Source: an uncultured virus (IMG/VR IMGVR_UViG_3300020256_000017)
Taxonomy: Duplodnaviria > Heunggongvirae > Uroviricota > Caudoviricetes
Length of the DNA stretch: 64,000 bases
Strand: one strand, 5' to 3'
Virus record (IMG/VR): IMGVR_UViG_3300020256_000017
In this document: positions 30,562-40,656 of the stretch, piece by piece
Layout of the letters: every line of letters starts with the position of its first letter
Position numbering within the stretch: position 1 is the first letter of the stretch
Notes under the pieces: generated by a model
What the model saw: only the letters and a program-made list of their open reading frames with translations
Databases searched by the model: none
What the model was told of the DNA's origin: nothing
Program-made: the position numbers and the translations under genes

Positions 30562-30632
30562 GTAAGTCCTCGTTGTCAGTGTTGTGCATCACATTGGATG
30601 CGTGCATCAGCGTTAATGTTGCCAAAACGTCA

Positions 30633-30938
30633 TCACCAGCCTTGCGTGGCAAGTGTCGCTACACGCTCAATAGCGCGTGAGGGCATCATATTGGTAAACT
30701 TGCACGGTTTCAGATTATTATGTGGCGCGCAGTTAACCAGTCCCGTGGTTGCGTAAAGCTCAACGGTTCGCGCGGGGCCGATAACCTTGATGTGGCGATT
30801 AGTGCTGTTACATACACGCACGGTAACGCCTTCCCCAAGTCGAGACTCCAATACAGGGATAAGTTTATGGTTAGGCATTGCTTTCCATGCTGAACGAACC
30901 GGATCGGTTGCGCGTTTTTGTGCTGGCGTTAGTGACAT
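30633..30938 (-). CDS. Hypothetical protein
   Basis: Cassette plus GGAG; start corrected. Confidence 0.7.
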   Translation of the reverse strand: MSLTPAQKRATDPVRSAWKAMPNHKLIPVLESRLGEGVTVRVCNSTNRHIKVIGPARTVELYATTGLVNCAPHNNLKPCKFTNMMPSRAIERVATLATQGW

Positions 30939-31088
30939 GTGTTCTCTCCGTTGTGTTGACAATACAAGTATCTCAAAAAGTGTGTGCTTTGTCAAGTGCG
31001 GCGAGATGCGGGGTGGGTTTTTATTGTAAATAATCAAAATTAGTAACGCGACCTGTGCCGCGTTACGTTAGCGATGCATTATTTTGTT

Positions 31089-31709
31089 TTACATCATTTT
31101 GCAAATCATGGTCGCCCATGTTTCGAGAGCATAGTCGCCATTAAGAAGTTCATCAGGCGAAAAGAAGCCGAGAGACTCAAGCTCATCTTCCTTGCTTTCT
31201 ACCGTCATGGCATCAAGTTCTATCATCGTAACCAAAGCAACGTGTTTCGCATCAACGCCGGTCACATCAGCGGTGATCACTTTGTCTAACTTAGTTTGAC
31301 TGACAACGTTGGCCCCATTCAATAAGACCTCTTCGTCAATTTCACGCGCAGTAGACTTCTCAAGTGACTTTTCAAGGTCAATAACGCTTTTATTATACAC
31401 TAAGTCGCCAAGGTCAAAATGACCGCCCACCACCACAGCAACCTTGTTATAAAGCCCCTTTTCACCGCCTTTTTCAGTGCGGCGATATGCCCAGATTTTG
31501 CCCTTGTGCGTAAACACCAGCATAGGCATAACTTGACGGAAGCGATAATCTCTTTCAAGCTCGTGGCGGCGTGCAATGATGATATCGCCTGGTTCTAGCG
31601 TGAAGTCGCAAAAACCATCTTCGCTGCGGTTTACAAAATGCATAGCGTCAACACACACAATGTGCGCAAGATGTTTTGGGTTAATGTTGTCAGTGCGTAG
31701 TTTAACCAT
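31089..31709 (-). CDS. NUDIX-family hydrolase
   Basis: GGH..D...AREIDEEV Nudix-like box; YRR..GGE. Confidence 0.8.
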   Translation of the reverse strand: MVKLRTDNINPKHLAHIVCVDAMHFVNRSEDGFCDFTLEPGDIIIARRHELERDYRFRQVMPMLVFTHKGKIWAYRRTEKGGEKGLYNKVAVVVGGHFDLGDLVYNKSVIDLEKSLEKSTAREIDEEVLLNGANVVSQTKLDKVITADVTGVDAKHVALVTMIELDAMTVESKEDELESLGFFSPDELLNGDYALETWATMICKMM

Positions 31710-31810
31710 ATTTATTCCTCAGTAAATGAAAATGCCACCGTCAGCAGTGGCATAAAAATGATATAAAGAAGGTATCACATTTTTGTATTGATGTGTTCGA
31801 CAATCTCGAA

Positions 31811-32047
31811 TCAGGCTGTCGTTTGAAGCATGTCGTCAATCTCTTGCTTAACCCGCTCTAAAAAGTCGCGTCGTGCTTTGACATCACTGCGTGAACGTTC
31901 ACCGTCAGCATGAAGGTTTTCAGGGCTGAGATCACACTCCACCGTTTGCAATACACGCACCGCGTCGTCAGGTAACGTGTAAGGTTTAGCATTAAAGAAA
32001 GCTTGACGTTTGTTGAGGTGGTCAAGGTATGCATTCAAAGGTGACAT
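31811..32047 (-). CDS. Phage-type hypothetical protein
   Basis: LSPENL..DGE motif; GGAG RBS. Confidence 0.65.
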   Translation of the reverse strand: MSPLNAYLDHLNKRQAFFNAKPYTLPDDAVRVLQTVECDLSPENLHADGERSRSDVKARRDFLERVKQEIDDMLQTTA

Positions 32048-32059
32048 AATGTACTCCTC

Positions 32060-32500
32060 CTATGCCAATGAAACGCTAAAGCCGCTATGACAAAAGCCGG
32101 TTTCGTTTGAGATAAAGTCGGAGGCACGTTCTTGAAGCGCTTCTCCGTCCAACGGCGTATCCAGCGTCATGGTAAGTGAGGTGGGTAATGCATCATGGCC
32201 CTCATCATAATCAATATCTGAGATTAAGTATGAGGTTGAAGCTTGAGCGAAACCGTATTCAACGGCGAGGCGCTGTGCAACAAGGTTGGCTTCTTTCATC
32301 TTGGCTTCGTTGGCCGCAAGCGCATTGTGAATGGCCGTGGCTTCGCGTTCTAATCGCGCGCCATCCATAGGGTGTAGCGTCTCACATTGCAATTGTTTTG
32401 TTGCAATGTCATGGCAGGTGGTCTCTTGACCTAATGCTTTAGCAGCAAGAATTTTTATGGCTAATGCATCCGCGTAAGCCATTTTTTTCATCGTAGACAT
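32060..32500 (-). CDS. Hypothetical protein
   Basis: Cassette-driven; start corrected. Confidence 0.7.
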   Translation of the reverse strand: MSTMKKMAYADALAIKILAAKALGQETTCHDIATKQLQCETLHPMDGARLEREATAIHNALAANEAKMKEANLVAQRLAVEYGFAQASTSYLISDIDYDEGHDALPTSLTMTLDTPLDGEALQERASDFISNETGFCHSGFSVSLA

Positions 32501-32582
32501 AGAGGTATTCCTTTTGTTGTGTTGACAGGAATAGTATCTCATGGTGTGAGGGCGTTGTCAATGAAAACGCGCCATCGCACCG

Positions 32583-33353
32583 CTAACCACGGTGCATACG
32601 GCGCGCTTTTTTGCCGATGTGCTGGCGGCGGTCAGACAAGAAAAAAGGCTTCTTTTGCGAACTAATGTCACGCATATTAATTGTTTGCTCACAGCGGTCA
32701 ACGTAAAGCTTAAGCTCCATAACGTCAAAGCTCGGCATGGCGTCTGCGATAAGCACATGACGCATACGACGGATGGCGGCCTCTCGCAATTCATCGGTAG
32801 CAGCATGAAACAAAACGGGGTCGGCATCTTTGCATTCGCTCACCAGTTCAGCCAGTGGCATATCATCTTTTCGCCATAGGCCACGGATTTGAAGCCCAAG
32901 CAGTAGTGTTGAGCGGTAGACATCCTGTGAAATAATGTCCGCATTCATCACGTATTGACACCATGCCTCAACCATTGCCAGCGAACTGACTGACACTACG
33001 CGGCTTAATGCGTTTAACTCGTTGTTGGGGTCGCGAAAACCAAGCGTAAATGTCGCTGCGTTGTCACCTGAATCGTCGGCAACGCATACACGCAACTGCG
33101 TGGTTTCATCATCAGAAGTGTTATCGTGGGCCCACTGCTCTACGGTAATCGAAAAGCCACCCACATTATCTACCTCTGAAAAAAGAAGCGCAGCCATCAT
33201 GGTAAGCTTATCTGGGGCTTGGCTAGATGCGCCTGTCACTGTGCCAGACGCTGAAAGCGACATGCCGTCAGGTGTGTTTGAAAATGCGGCCACGAAAGCT
33301 TTTGTGCCACGCTCATTCGCAGTTAATGACAGTGATGATAAGATGGGTTGCAT
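32583..33353 (-). CDS. Hypothetical protein
   Basis: Cassette-driven. Confidence 0.7.
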   Translation of the reverse strand: MQPILSSLSLTANERGTKAFVAAFSNTPDGMSLSASGTVTGASSQAPDKLTMMAALLFSEVDNVGGFSITVEQWAHDNTSDDETTQLRVCVADDSGDNAATFTLGFRDPNNELNALSRVVSVSSLAMVEAWCQYVMNADIISQDVYRSTLLLGLQIRGLWRKDDMPLAELVSECKDADPVLFHAATDELREAAIRRMRHVLIADAMPSFDVMELKLYVDRCEQTINMRDISSQKKPFFLSDRRQHIGKKARRMHRG

Positions 33354-33434
33354 ACGTGTTTTTCCTTTGCTGTGTTGACGAAAAAGAGTATCTCACAATG
33401 TGAGGGCGTTGTCAACGAAAAGGTGCATTAGGTG

Positions 33435-33863
33435 TTAGTTCTCCTGCGCTACACTTATTGTTAATTCGCAAGGTGGTACCGCGTCGTTGCCATCATCGAT
33501 GTTGACATGTTTGACCTCGTGACCGTCACACTCCGCTTTCACATACAAATTAAAGTGTTCATCGCTGTCTATCACAATAGAAAAAGTAAGGCCAAACGCC
33601 GAAACATTATCGGAAAGCTGCTCAAGGCGTGCTTCACCCTCAACATCATACTTGCGCTCAATCGCTTTCGCGGTGAGGCGATAGCCCAATTCATCTTCAG
33701 CGCCAATATCTTGATCGGTGTCTACCACCGGTGTGAAGCTGTTGTGAGTCACGATACACGACACGACGTCTTCGCGTGGCGATTCTGCACTCTGTCCTTC
33801 ATTCTGGTTGATAACAAGTGTCCAATTGCCTACGTTGATGATGCGTTGCGTTTCAGTATTCAT
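33435..33863 (-). CDS. Acidic hypothetical protein
   Basis: AAGGA RBS. Confidence 0.65.
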   Translation of the reverse strand: MNTETQRIINVGNWTLVINQNEGQSAESPREDVVSCIVTHNSFTPVVDTDQDIGAEDELGYRLTAKAIERKYDVEGEARLEQLSDNVSAFGLTFSIVIDSDEHFNLYVKAECDGHEVKHVNIDDGNDAVPPCELTISVAQEN

Positions 33864-33930
33864 GTTGTTTCCTTGATGTACGCCTATGTTGATAAAAAAG
33901 AAAAAGCGTCTCAATGAGGCTCTCAACTAT

Positions 33931-34230
33931 TTAAAGCGGGCTTTCATCTAGCCAGAAAGCAGATAAAGTGCTGATATTAATAAATAGTTTAGAAGCATCA
34001 CCTGCGCTATTACCGTAATCAACAATAATCAAGTCAAATTTCGACTCTTGAATTTGAGAAAGTGAATATAGGTTATCTAATTCAATTCTTTCTGCTGTCT
34101 TTCCAAGTTCAATCCCGTAAACGCCTCCCATAGCATCATCTTGGGCGTATGGGGTAAGGCTATTTTGAAAGTCATTAAACTGCTCTGGGTTTTCTAGATC
34201 GTAAAATCCACTTGGTTTTGCTTTTTTCAT
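33931..34230 (-). CDS. AT-rich hypothetical gene
   Basis: AAGGA RBS; visibly lower GC. Confidence 0.6.
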   Translation of the reverse strand: MKKAKPSGFYDLENPEQFNDFQNSLTPYAQDDAMGGVYGIELGKTAERIELDNLYSLSQIQESKFDLIIVDYGNSAGDASKLFINISTLSAFWLDESPL

Positions 34231-34371
34231 GAATGTGTCCTTGGTTAACTTGACGGGTAATCTTGTCAAAAAGGTAGCGACACCGTATTGACAAAACTAG
34301 AGTCTATTGGCGTTTCTAGTGGAAGCCGATTTTTGTCCACTCTCTGCCCTCGCTGAGCAGTTCACGTTAAG

Positions 34372-34629
34372 TTAGTGTTTCTGCATCACTATGGCAGTGA
34401 ATGGTCCCATACAAGTAGACTCTGTGATTGTAAACGTCGCATACCTGGCATTTAATGTTGCATTGATATTGTCACGTCGCTCTCCCGCAGTGTTACGTAC
34501 AGAACGAACACCTTGCGCCTTCAATGCATCAATCAGCGCCTTGCCGTGGTGTCCATCAATGCACTTCTCTGTGCGCTTAAACGTGGATGACAGTAGTTCT
34601 GATATGAGTTTTGCTACTTGATTGTTCAT
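34372..34629 (-). CDS. Hypothetical protein
   Basis: ORF in operon. Confidence 0.5.
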   Translation of the reverse strand: MNNQVAKLISELLSSTFKRTEKCIDGHHGKALIDALKAQGVRSVRNTAGERRDNINATLNARYATFTITESTCMGPFTAIVMQKH

Positions 34630-34643
34630 AAAATTCAGTCGTG

Positions 34644-34796
34644 CTAAGCAAGGGGGTTTTTTATATGGTATTCGTACAGTGAGGGTTCTTGGCGTCGCCA
34701 AAAATCAACATCTTCACTAAAGTAACCGTTGTCTAAATCAAAGCCGCATTCAGCAAGAAAGTTGCGCTCACGGCGCTCACGTTCAACGTTATTCAT
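34644..34796 (-). CDS. Small hypothetical protein (50 aa)
   Basis: MNNVERERRERNFLAECGF..; below ORF-track cutoff. Confidence 0.45.
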   Translation of the reverse strand: MNNVERERRERNFLAECGFDLDNGYFSEDVDFWRRQEPSLYEYHIKNPLA

Positions 34797-34858
34797 AACA
34801 AAAAATCGCTCTTTGATGCTGGTTGATAGTGGCAGGGCGTGTGCCCTGCCTCGTGACG

Positions 34859-35365
34859 CTAGGTGCGCGTGATGATGTCGACAAAAAGATTGTCGTGGAT
34901 ACGCTGTGATACTGTTAAGGTGATGGGCTTTTTGAGCGCTCTGCCATCAAGACTTTGCGTACAACCGTCCAATTCAAGTGATTGCTTTGCAATGCCCATT
35001 GACGCATAACGCGTGCGGATAAGGCGCATGGCATCTTGGCAGCTTTGCATATCGTCGTAACGATACGATAAGTTGTAGTCCACTTTGACCGGCACATACT
35101 TCCCTGACTGTCCTTTGACGGCTGTGACCTTGCCTTCAATGCCCGTCGGTAAGAACGCCGTAAGGCGTTTGTCCGTTGTGGTCGGAAAGGCAATGGCAGG
35201 TGTTGATTGATACAGCACGCCATCTACGACGTTAGGGACATTGGTCGCCTGACCTAACTCAACGTGCCCAAACGTATTGTCTTGTTTAGCGGGGAACGCT
35301 GATGCGCCATAAGCAATAGCGCCAAAAAGTAGAACTGAGCCAAAAATAGTTTTGAGATGTTCCAT
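34859..35365 (-). CDS. Exported hypothetical protein
   Basis: Cassette; signal peptide ending ASA. Confidence 0.7.
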   Translation of the reverse strand: MEHLKTIFGSVLLFGAIAYGASAFPAKQDNTFGHVELGQATNVPNVVDGVLYQSTPAIAFPTTTDKRLTAFLPTGIEGKVTAVKGQSGKYVPVKVDYNLSYRYDDMQSCQDAMRLIRTRYASMGIAKQSLELDGCTQSLDGRALKKPITLTVSQRIHDNLFVDIITRT

Positions 35366-35496
35366 CGTTTTTCCTCGGTTGTGTTGACAGGTTTAGTATC
35401 GCAAAAACGGTGAGTGTTGTCAAGTTTTTGTATGCAATAAAACAAAGCCATCAATCAAGATGGCTTTGTTTGTTCGATGCACGAGTGCGGTGAGGA

Positions 35497-36117
35497 TTAG
35501 TTGACGAGGTCGAAAAACTGACCATACGTGATCTCACTAAAACCTTCCGGCACATCAACGGGATCGTCAACAGGCGGGGCATCGCCCGTGCGCTCGGTGT
35601 ACTTGGGCACGCGAAGCACAGCAACATCCTCGCCATTATCATCTTTGGCAATACCGAAGTTTGTCGATATCATTGAACTGGCGCTGCTGTTAGGCACGCG
35701 ATCGCCAATCATGGTTCGCATCAGGTTATTAGAAGAAATAAACCAGTCGCTAAGGTACGGATACTCGGTCAGTGCGTCATTGGCTTTGGCAACAAGGGCG
35801 TTCAGTGCCTTACCAAGCTTATGATTGCCTTTGCCACCGACAATCGCCACTTTCTCACCGTTATGCTCACGGGTGTCATGGACTTTAATGTGCGAGGCAG
35901 ACACAATTGGGTGAGCGACGGGGTAGACCAAATAGCGAATGCTAGACGCCCTGCCCCAGTTGGACGCTTCAGTATGCGCGACGGCACCACCGGCTTCGAT
36001 ATAAAGCGAGTCGATAATTGCTTTTCGCTTATGGGCAATGTTGGTGTCAAAGTCACTCAATATCGCTTTTGCTGCATCAGGCGTGCTGACAAAGTAAAAG
36101 TAACGTTTCTCGTTCAT
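35497..36117 (-). CDS. Hypothetical protein
   Basis: AAGGA RBS. Confidence 0.7.
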   Translation of the reverse strand: MNEKRYFYFVSTPDAAKAILSDFDTNIAHKRKAIIDSLYIEAGGAVAHTEASNWGRASSIRYLVYPVAHPIVSASHIKVHDTREHNGEKVAIVGGKGNHKLGKALNALVAKANDALTEYPYLSDWFISSNNLMRTMIGDRVPNSSASSMISTNFGIAKDDNGEDVAVLRVPKYTERTGDAPPVDDPVDVPEGFSEITYGQFFDLVN

Positions 36118-36142
36118 GATTGATATTCCTTGTGATGGCAGC

Positions 36143-36364
36143 TTATTTCCCTAGTGGATACGTTACGCGCTCGGCAGCACGCTGCTGTTTGATGCTGCGC
36201 ATTAGCGCAACAGAGCCTGCACTTCTCGCAGCCACTTCACATTCAGAGTGATTGGGAAAAAGCGCAGTGTAATACGATGCAGGCTTGTCACTCTTCTTTG
36301 CGCGTTCTGACGCTGAAGGTGAAAGGATAACGGGTTGATTACAGTATTTGCATATTGACGGCAT
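36143..36364 (-). CDS. Small Cys/His protein
   Basis: Cassette plus AGGAGG; CxxC..H..C. Confidence 0.65.
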   Translation of the reverse strand: MPSICKYCNQPVILSPSASERAKKSDKPASYYTALFPNHSECEVAARSAGSVALMRSIKQQRAAERVTYPLGK

Positions 36365-36453
36365 GACGGCCTCCTGTTGTGTTGACAAGACAAGTATCTC
36401 AAATGGTGTGAGTGTTGTCAAGTAAATTAGGCAAAAGGCCGCCTCTTGCAACG

Positions 36454-36774
36454 TTATGCCGCGTAATAACCTTCATTCACACCAAAGCGGCGTAGCGGGT
36501 CTGGCACAAGCGTAAAGCCTTTGCTTTCCATGAGCGCGTCATTGTCTAACTCGCTGTCAGTAAGCGCAAAAAGCGCCGCCTCGATGTCATCATCATTGCC
36601 ATAGCCTTCAAAGCCGTGCTCATCACGCCCGATAATATACAGTGATTCACTGTCATCATGGTAAAGCCAGTGTGCTGACATAATATCATTGTCAAAGAGG
36701 TACTTGCCGGTCTCGTTGTCGTAAGGGCCCATGTTAATCTCTACCTTTAGTGTCGTTGATGTTAGGGTTTTCAT
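36454..36774 (-). CDS. Acidic hypothetical protein
   Basis: ORF in operon. Confidence 0.6.
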   Translation of the reverse strand: MKTLTSTTLKVEINMGPYDNETGKYLFDNDIMSAHWLYHDDSESLYIIGRDEHGFEGYGNDDDIEAALFALTDSELDNDALMESKGFTLVPDPLRRFGVNEGYYAA

Positions 36775-37084
36775 CTGGGCGAGGTAAGATGTCGTTGATA
36801 CGCTGCCCTAATGGTGTCTCTATTGAGGGGATGTCAATTGCCAGTGGCACGCCCGTGTTCGTCGTGTTAAGCAAGCACTCGTATACTGCCGCAAGCTCAA
36901 CGATGACATCGCGAATATCGCTTAAAAGCACGCTGTCATTTTCGGGTTCACCGGGTGGAATACCGGCATCAGTCATGATCTGAACGAGTTCAGAGGTCGT
37001 GCTGGAGGCAACATTGGCAGAGAGTTCTCCTTCAAAGTTCTCGCTGAGAAATTCGTTTATCGCCTTAGGTGATAGTTGTGACAT
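36734..37084 (-). CDS. Acidic hypothetical protein
   Basis: Coupled ORF. Confidence 0.6.
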   Translation of the reverse strand: MSQLSPKAINEFLSENFEGELSANVASSTTSELVQIMTDAGIPPGEPENDSVLLSDIRDVIVELAAVYECLLNTTNTGVPLAIDIPSIETPLGQRINDILPRPDENPNINDTKGRD

Positions 37085-37455
37085 TATTGTTCATCCAAGT
37101 CAATGATGCTTCGCAGCGTTGCTCGTGATGTAGGGCAAAGCATATTGCCTAACGTCGCAAGGTCAATCGGTATTAAAGGGTTGTCGTTGCAGCCTTCCCA
37201 TCCAATTGCAATGTTTTCGTTAATAAATGCAATAGAGAAGCCAGGGTATTGCGCAAACAAGTACTCTAAGTCAGCATATGGCGCGTTGTCATAACGGATA
37301 GGCAACGTTCGTTTTAGCATAAACAGCGCCTGAGCCAGCCATGGGTTTGAGATAATGACAGGTGATTTTGTTGCCTTGACGAACTCGGTGAGGCGTGCGG
37401 CAATCTGTCGGCTAAGATAAAGGATGTCGCCCTGTGGGTGCGATGCGTTGCTCAT
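37084..37455 (-). CDS. Hypothetical protein
   Basis: Coupled ORF. Confidence 0.6.
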   Translation of the reverse strand: MSNASHPQGDILYLSRQIAARLTEFVKATKSPVIISNPWLAQALFMLKRTLPIRYDNAPYADLEYLFAQYPGFSIAFINENIAIGWEGCNDNPLIPIDLATLGNMLCPTSRATLRSIIDLDEQ

Positions 37456-37534
37456 AGATAAACCTTATTTTGCATAGAATGAATGCGGGGTGAGCCCCGC
37501 ATTGCTCATTGTGGGTCGCGAAAACCCAGAAAAG

Positions 37535-37744
37535 TCAATAACAGCTAGCGCGAACGTCCTCGTTCATGGCTTTTTTAGCCGTCGCTCGTGCTACTTTGTT
37601 GTGGTAGCGACGTTTCGCTTTCTTGTTGCGAATACGTTCTCCCTGAGGAAGAAACTCTTGGCAGTCTGCAACATCCGGCCCGTAGGGCGAGATGTGTTCA
37701 GGGTTGCCTTTATAAATCCCGTAAGGGCGTCTTTTATTCGCCAT
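37535..37744 (-). CDS. Small basic protein
   Basis: GAGG RBS. Confidence 0.6.
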   Translation of the reverse strand: MANKRRPYGIYKGNPEHISPYGPDVADCQEFLPQGERIRNKKAKRRYHNKVARATAKKAMNEDVRASCY

Positions 37745-37778
37745 CGTTATTTCCTCAACTCGTTTTTAACATGTGCAC

Positions 37779-38084
37779 CTACGGTTCTACGCGGATGCAC
37801 TTGCCGTAAATATTTTTTATCGGTGTCCACCCATTAACCTTGCCGTGGTTATTGGATATTTGGACCCGACCAGCCTGCACCGCAGTAACAAGGTGCAAAT
37901 ACTGCGCCCCTGATACCGTACAAAGCACAATGTCTCGTTTTTTAAGTGCCTCATCGCTGTCAAGGGGACGGACTGTGACCTTTTGACCTGACGATATGCG
38001 CCCGGTCATGGAGTTGCCTCGCGGACGAAACGACACGGTTTCGCCTCGCTGCAACTTAGTGATATAAGGCGTGGCCCAGCACAC
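37779..38084 (-). CDS. Stand-alone S24/S26 peptidase-like domain
   Basis: RGNSM motif; DIVLC..YLHLV. Confidence 0.65.
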   Translation of the reverse strand: MCWATPYITKLQRGETVSFRPRGNSMTGRISSGQKVTVRPLDSDEALKKRDIVLCTVSGAQYLHLVTAVQAGRVQISNNHGKVNGWTPIKNIYGKCIRVEP

Positions 38085-38086
38085 GG

Positions 38087-38356
38087 CTACACCTTGTATA
38101 GCATTAGCGTGCCACCGTCATAGGGTTCGCCGTACCAGCCATTGTCATCGACGATAGCTTGTAGTGTAGGGTGCAGAGCGTCCTCGATAGTGCCTGCGTT
38201 AAAGATAGGTAAACCATCTGATGCAAACTCTTCGCTGCCTCGTAGCCAGATGCCTTTACGTGACGGGTCGCCGTAAAATTCAGCCATAGGTACGGCGTTC
38301 GCTTCTGGTAGCGCCTTATTGATTTTGCTGATCATTGCTTGTTCAGATAAAGCCAT
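38087..38356 (-). CDS. Hypothetical protein
   Basis: Cassette plus AGGAG; start corrected. Confidence 0.7.
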   Translation of the reverse strand: MALSEQAMISKINKALPEANAVPMAEFYGDPSRKGIWLRGSEEFASDGLPIFNAGTIEDALHPTLQAIVDDNGWYGEPYDGGTLMLYKV

Positions 38357-38413
38357 GTCTCTCTCCTGTTGTGTTGACAGGATTAGTATCTCAAAAACTG
38401 AGAGTGTTGTCAA
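38357..38413 (-). promoter_or_regulatory. Exemplar cassette: sigma70 promoter with extended -10, conserved leader and RBS
   Basis: TTGACA ACACTCTCAGTTTTTGA GATACT AATCC TGTCAACACAACAGGAGAGAGAC ATG: -35, 17-bp spacer, TGn extension, -10, leader, SD. Confidence 0.9.
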
Positions 38414-38437
38414 TAAGAAACCGACATATTGCTCGTA

Positions 38438-38674
38438 TTAGTTAAACTTAGGTGTAACCAAGTTGGCGACGGCCTTACTCATGATATGAGCGGTATCTTT
38501 GTTTTCCGAAAGCCTGACTTCCTGGATGAAACGGCGTATTGTAGCACGCTGCTGCGCACGCCATTGAAGCACCCTTTCTGGATTGCGTTGTCGGGAGTAG
38601 GGGGCGCGATTGCGTAATGCAAAATTAGCGCTTATTGCTCGTTGGCGAGATAAGACAAAGTCATTGAGCGTCAT
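38438..38674 (-). CDS. Small basic protein
   Basis: Cassette-driven; start corrected. Confidence 0.6.
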   Translation of the reverse strand: MTLNDFVLSRQRAISANFALRNRAPYSRQRNPERVLQWRAQQRATIRRFIQEVRLSENKDTAHIMSKAVANLVTPKFN

Positions 38675-38800
38675 GGCATTCTCTTGTTGTGTTGACCATG
38701 TCAGTGTCTCAAAATCAGAGAGCGTTGTCAATATTTCCGGCAAGTATGTCGTGTGAATTAAGGAAAAACGCCTGCGGTATGAGTGCCGCAGGCGTTATTT

Positions 38801-39214
38801 TTACTTGCTGTCAGATTTTCCACGCTCGGCTTTGACTTTTTCCTTTAGAGCGTCAATGCGTGCCTGTGTGTCTAGACTGGGAGCGTTGTCTTTAGTGTCG
38901 TAAACTGTCTCATTCGCCACTGGCGGTGGAGGCAGCACAGCATCAGACTCTCTTTGCTGGCGTTGCGATTCGGACTCAACAGGGGGCGCTCCGGTAATAA
39001 TCGCGCGTTCCATGTCTCCGAAAGCATCACCCGCAGTATGCGCGGCAATTAAGGCGACTGGGAATGCAAGAAGGATAAATGCAAGGGATGCACACACCTT
39101 AAATGCTTTCCATAGTGCTTTATTTTCTTTGATTTCAGAAAATCTTGCCTTCACTAGCGGTGGGTAAAACACCCACAGCAAAGGGTAGATAATGTAGTAT
39201 ATTAACTTGCTCAT
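38801..39214 (-). CDS. Membrane protein
   Basis: Two hydrophobic segments; adjacent to the lipoprotein gene. Confidence 0.65.
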   Translation of the reverse strand: MSKLIYYIIYPLLWVFYPPLVKARFSEIKENKALWKAFKVCASLAFILLAFPVALIAAHTAGDAFGDMERAIITGAPPVESESQRQQRESDAVLPPPPVANETVYDTKDNAPSLDTQARIDALKEKVKAERGKSDSK

Positions 39215-39223
39215 AATGGCATC

Positions 39224-40333
39224 TTATGGCTGCGCAGCATCTTCATCGCCGTATTTGTCTGAACACTCAGTAGGCGTCAACTTACCCGCTTCTACACAGC
39301 GATAGTAGGCGCTGTTTTCTATACGCTCAGCGCTTTGTCTCAGTGATTTGATGCGCGTATTAATGTCTTCTACAGCAATCGCACCGTTTTCACCCATTGC
39401 TAACATTTCAGGCGTAACGGCAAAGGGGATCCCCGCTTCCTTGAAGCCTTGGGCGACTTGTGTCCATTTATATTGTACAACGCCAGGTTGCATTAATATA
39501 GGGGCATAGGCTGCTAGGATTTCAAGCTCGTCGGCAGCTTGTCGCATGTTGTGTAAATGCTCTTGTACACGACGTCGCTCTGCCATCACAAGCTGCTTGC
39601 GCTGCATTTCTTCGTTCTCAGTAAGCGCTTCATTGTCTGCCTTACGCTCTTTGATGGAAGCGGGCATATCAATGGCCTTAATGCCAATTTGCTCAAGTAC
39701 TAACGGGCTGTTGATCCCCTTAAGGTATTCTCGCAACGTCCCAAGAATGCCTTTGATGTCTCTGCCCATGGGGTCTTTGCCACCGTAAAGGAGCGATCCG
39801 CCATTGCCGATATTTTGAAACGCCGTTTCCAGTGTGTAGTTAGTCAATAAAGGGCGAATGTGTGTTTTGACGACAGCAGGGTTAAGGTCGGTGTTCGAAA
39901 TAGTGTCGATGTTAATTTGCATCAACTGAACTTCATTCGCCCTCCCCTTCACGCTCATTTTGTAGCGCTTAGCGGCAGAGGCAACGCGTTTAAGGATGTC
40001 TGCCTCGCTGCCTGAAAGGTCAAAACTAACGCGCAGTTCCAAATCTAACGTTAAGTCCTGATCATTAGATTTAGGCATGGCGTATTTACCAGGTACCTCA
40101 GCATTGATGGTGGGAATGGTAAGCACAAGCGCTTTGTCACACTCGTCGGTTGTGCCACAAAAGTTGTTGATTTTCATGACGCGGTTGCGATAGAAGCCTT
40201 CATACTCGCCTGTCTCGCCATTAATGACCGTGCCCACTTCTTGTTGTGATACGCTCACCATATCAGTACAGCCTGATAAAACCATTACGCTGGCGGCGGC
40301 CAACAAAAAGGTGGCTTTTTTAAACATTCGCAT
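39224..40333 (-). CDS. SPFH/band-7-like lipoprotein
   Basis: Lipobox LSGC; beta-rich core then coiled coil (IDMPASIKE..). Confidence 0.55.
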   Translation of the reverse strand: MRMFKKATFLLAAASVMVLSGCTDMVSVSQQEVGTVINGETGEYEGFYRNRVMKINNFCGTTDECDKALVLTIPTINAEVPGKYAMPKSNDQDLTLDLELRVSFDLSGSEADILKRVASAAKRYKMSVKGRANEVQLMQINIDTISNTDLNPAVVKTHIRPLLTNYTLETAFQNIGNGGSLLYGGKDPMGRDIKGILGTLREYLKGINSPLVLEQIGIKAIDMPASIKERKADNEALTENEEMQRKQLVMAERRRVQEHLHNMRQAADELEILAAYAPILMQPGVVQYKWTQVAQGFKEAGIPFAVTPEMLAMGENGAIAVEDINTRIKSLRQSAERIENSAYYRCVEAGKLTPTECSDKYGDEDAAQP

Positions 40334-40391
40334 AGTGTTTCCTTAGTGGATAGAGAGTGTTGGTGAAAGCGAATGGCTGTCACCGTTAAGA

Positions 40392-40589
40392 TTATTCTTC
40401 CGAAATGACGAAGCTTTGAGTAGCTTGTGATATTGCGCTTTCAGTTGGCTCCAGCATTGTTAAAATGGCTTGCTTTTGCTCTTGTGTGAATGAGGCATCT
40501 GACATGAGCGCCATCTTGCTTTTTTGCAGCGTCAGGTTAATGTTGGTTACTGACTCGCAGGCGTTGTCGATAAGTTGGCTAAGGTGCAT
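40392..40589 (-). CDS. Small hypothetical protein
   Basis: Cassette variant. Confidence 0.6.
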   Translation of the reverse strand: MHLSQLIDNACESVTNINLTLQKSKMALMSDASFTQEQKQAILTMLEPTESAISQATQSFVISEE

Positions 40590-40656
40590 ATTGTTCCCCT
40601 GTTGTGTTGACGTTTAAAATATACCAAAATCAAGTTCGCATTGCAACATAAAATTA

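Noticed and set aside
38357..38413. Shared N-terminal peptide such as MTT..FEILILSTQQ or MRYL.CQHN in many ORF-track proteins
   Set aside because: Artefact of the ORF caller starting at TTG inside the cassette; the true ATG follows the RBS.
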